Under the pieces are notes generated by a model that did not search any database, was not told the origin of the DNA, and was given only the letters and a program-made list of their open reading frames with translations. A DNA stretch of 64,000 nt from an uncultured Bacteroidales bacterium (lineage in GTDB: Bacteria; Bacteroidota; Bacteroidia; Bacteroidales; Paludibacteraceae): positions 9,402 through 73,401 of the forward strand of contig CACZEL010000004.1 of NCBI GenBank assembly GCA_902780235.1, in the 5' to 3' direction. The position numbers and the translations under genes are program-made. Numbering within the stretch: position 1 is the stretch's first letter; each line of letters opens with the position of its first letter. This document shows positions 62,661 through 64,000 of the stretch, piece by piece.

Positions 62661-63409
62661 AAAATGGGACTTTTGTCCCTCTCACTAATGATGCATTTTA
62701 CGCCAAGGGGTTCGATCAGGTCGCGGAAGATCTCCCGTGCATGTCGCTCGCTGTACCAATGGTCGATATCGATGAGTCCGATGCGCCGGTCGGCGTCCTG
62801 AAACTCATGGTACTTGCAGTCTGCTGTCAGATACACATCCGCCCCTTGCTCGATAGCGGTATCGATAAACTCAGCCCCGCTTCCGCCACAAACGGCTACG
62901 GTCCGGATCAACTCCTTCGCCGGACGGGTATAACGGACGTACGAGCAGTCGAGCGTCTTGCGGATTTGTTCGATGAAATCGAGATAATTGACCGGTTCCG
63001 GCAGGCTACCTATCGCCCCTAAACCGCTCTCGGTCAATAATCGATAATCCCTAATCCCTAATCGTTCCGCCAGCCTCGTGTTGATCCCTCCAACCACCGA
63101 GTCAAGGTTCGTATGCGCAGAATAGATAGCGATATCATGCTTGATCGCCATCTCTACGACACGTGCCTGCGGCGTCTGACCGCAGACCTGCTTCAAACCG
63201 TGAAACAACAAAGGATGATGGGAGATAATGAGTTGACATCCATATTCAATAGCTTCACTGACCACATCTTCCGTGATGTCTGTGGTCAGGAGGACAGACG
63301 TAATGTCTCGTCCCGTGTCACCTACCTGCATTCCCGAGTTATCCCAACTCTCCTGGGCACTCCGTGGCGCTACAGATTCTATGCTATTGATAATGGCTCT
63401 TAAGAGCAC
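62654..63409 (-). CDS. Nif3-like dinuclear metal-centre protein (GTP cyclohydrolase I type 2 family)
   Basis: ..AQESWDNSGMQVG.., ..ISHHPLLF.., ..YSAHTNLD.., ..DHW.SE. . GTG start. Confidence 0.9.
   Translation of the reverse strand: MLLRAIINSIESVAPRSAQESWDNSGMQVGDTGRDITSVLLTTDITEDVVSEAIEYGCQLIISHHPLLFHGLKQVCGQTPQARVVEMAIKHDIAIYSAHTNLDSVVGGINTRLAERLGIRDYRLLTESGLGAIGSLPEPVNYLDFIEQIRKTLDCSYVRYTRPAKELIRTVAVCGGSGAEFIDTAIEQGADVYLTADCKYHEFQDADRRIGLIDIDHWYSERHAREIFRDLIEPLGVKCIISERDKSPILV
63036..63064. repeat. In-frame heptamer block in nif3
   Basis: AATAATCGATAATCCCTAATCCCTAATCG (complement of GATTAGG) encodes ..GIRDYRLLT.. . Confidence 0.85.
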
Positions 63410-63416
63410 TTAGTCT

Positions 63417-63541
63417 ACTGTTTGATATCGTTTGATATTGTTTGATGCTGCGCGTTTGATGTTGTTTGACGTTGTTAACGATCTCAAACCTTCAAACTAC
63501 CTCAAACAATCTCAAACTTCAAACTTTCAAACCCTCAAACC
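63417..63541. repeat. Polarity-switching block left of four-helix-bundle gene C
   Basis: GTTTGAT units, the TTGTTAACGATC switch, then CTCAAAC units running into the stop of gene C. Confidence 0.9.
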
Positions 63542-63927
63542 TTTTTAAACTTATTTCCAGTTATCTCTGCTTGTTTGAGATACTTTATCATATTAAATAT
63601 TTTTGACCCGATAGTTTTGGAGTCCTGAATTAAGGCTTTGCATTTGTCGTCTAATATATAACCCGCATCCAATGCTCTATATAATTGACTTCGCACCTCA
63701 CCACAAGAACCTTTTGAGACATACAAGAATTGTATAAATTCTTTTGTTCCCTCTCTCTCAAAACCTTCCGCAATATTGTCCATTATTGACCCCGCCGCAG
63801 CTCTTATTTGAGAGCAGAAACGTGTATCGCTTCTAAAATCTCGTGTTCTGGTAATTTGGTAGATTTCCTTACTAAAGGTACGAGCTAATTGCCATATTTC
63901 CAAATCTTCGAAATTACTAATAGTCAT
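63535..63927 (-). CDS. Four-helix-bundle protein, 23S rRNA-IVS / Avd family (copy C)
   Basis: ..LEIWQLARTFSKEIY..FCSQIRAAAGSIMDNIAEGFEREGTKEFIQFLYVSKGSCGEVRSQL.. . Confidence 0.85.
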   Translation of the reverse strand: MTISNFEDLEIWQLARTFSKEIYQITRTRDFRSDTRFCSQIRAAAGSIMDNIAEGFEREGTKEFIQFLYVSKGSCGEVRSQLYRALDAGYILDDKCKALIQDSKTIGSKIFNMIKYLKQAEITGNKFKKV

Positions 63928-64000
63928 ACCTCAAACCCTCAAACTTCAAACTATCTCAAACCTCAAACTTCAAACTATCTCAAACTACCTCAAACTATCT
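63928..64000. repeat. TCAAAC-family block right of gene C, running off the window
   Basis: ACCTCAAACCCTCAAACTTCAAACTATCTCAAACCTCAAACTTCAAACTATCTCAAAC... . Confidence 0.9.

Overview
This is a 64-kb chromosomal segment with Bacteroidota hallmarks: -33 TTG / -7 TAnnTTTG promoters, no Shine-Dalgarno sites, a T9SS-sorted giant surface protein, and a PorX-type regulator. All family calls come from reading the translations; nothing was searched. The window has four parts. (i) 1-13.9 kb looks accessory: a RelA/SpoT-domain (toxSAS-like) gene, a DUF3987-like P-loop protein, unknown genes next to an XRE regulator, an archaeal-type AAA ATPase, a 2146-aa T9SS adhesin-like protein and a MazF/PemK-like toxin-antitoxin pair. 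(ii) 13.9-38 kb is housekeeping: rhomboid, HU, adk, obg, ClC channel, tRNA-Met, and one long minus-strand array (nfeD-floA-C/N hydrolase-recJ-triple AAA+-tdk-priA-nucleoside kinase), then topA, tRNA-Pro, proS, porX and an EEP nuclease. (iii) 38.0-55.4 kb is an aryl-polyene/flexirubin-type type II FAS-like pigment-lipid gene cluster. (iv) 55.4-64 kb holds a CoA-transferase, fba, two tandem isomerase-like paralogs, a CPBP protease, a Zn-ribbon protein and nif3. The most unusual feature is more than 50 short-period (7-14 nt) tandem-repeat blocks from a few sequence families. They fill almost every gene junction and often supply the stop or start codon. Many are also inserted in frame, with stop codons avoided, inside conserved genes (priA, porX twice, nitrilase-family hydrolase, nif3, CPBP protease, and many pigment-cluster genes). 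Three divergent 23S-rRNA-IVS/Avd-family four-helix-bundle genes each sit inside such repeat blocks, while similar blocks at other junctions are empty. I do not recognise this as a described repeat or mobile-element class.
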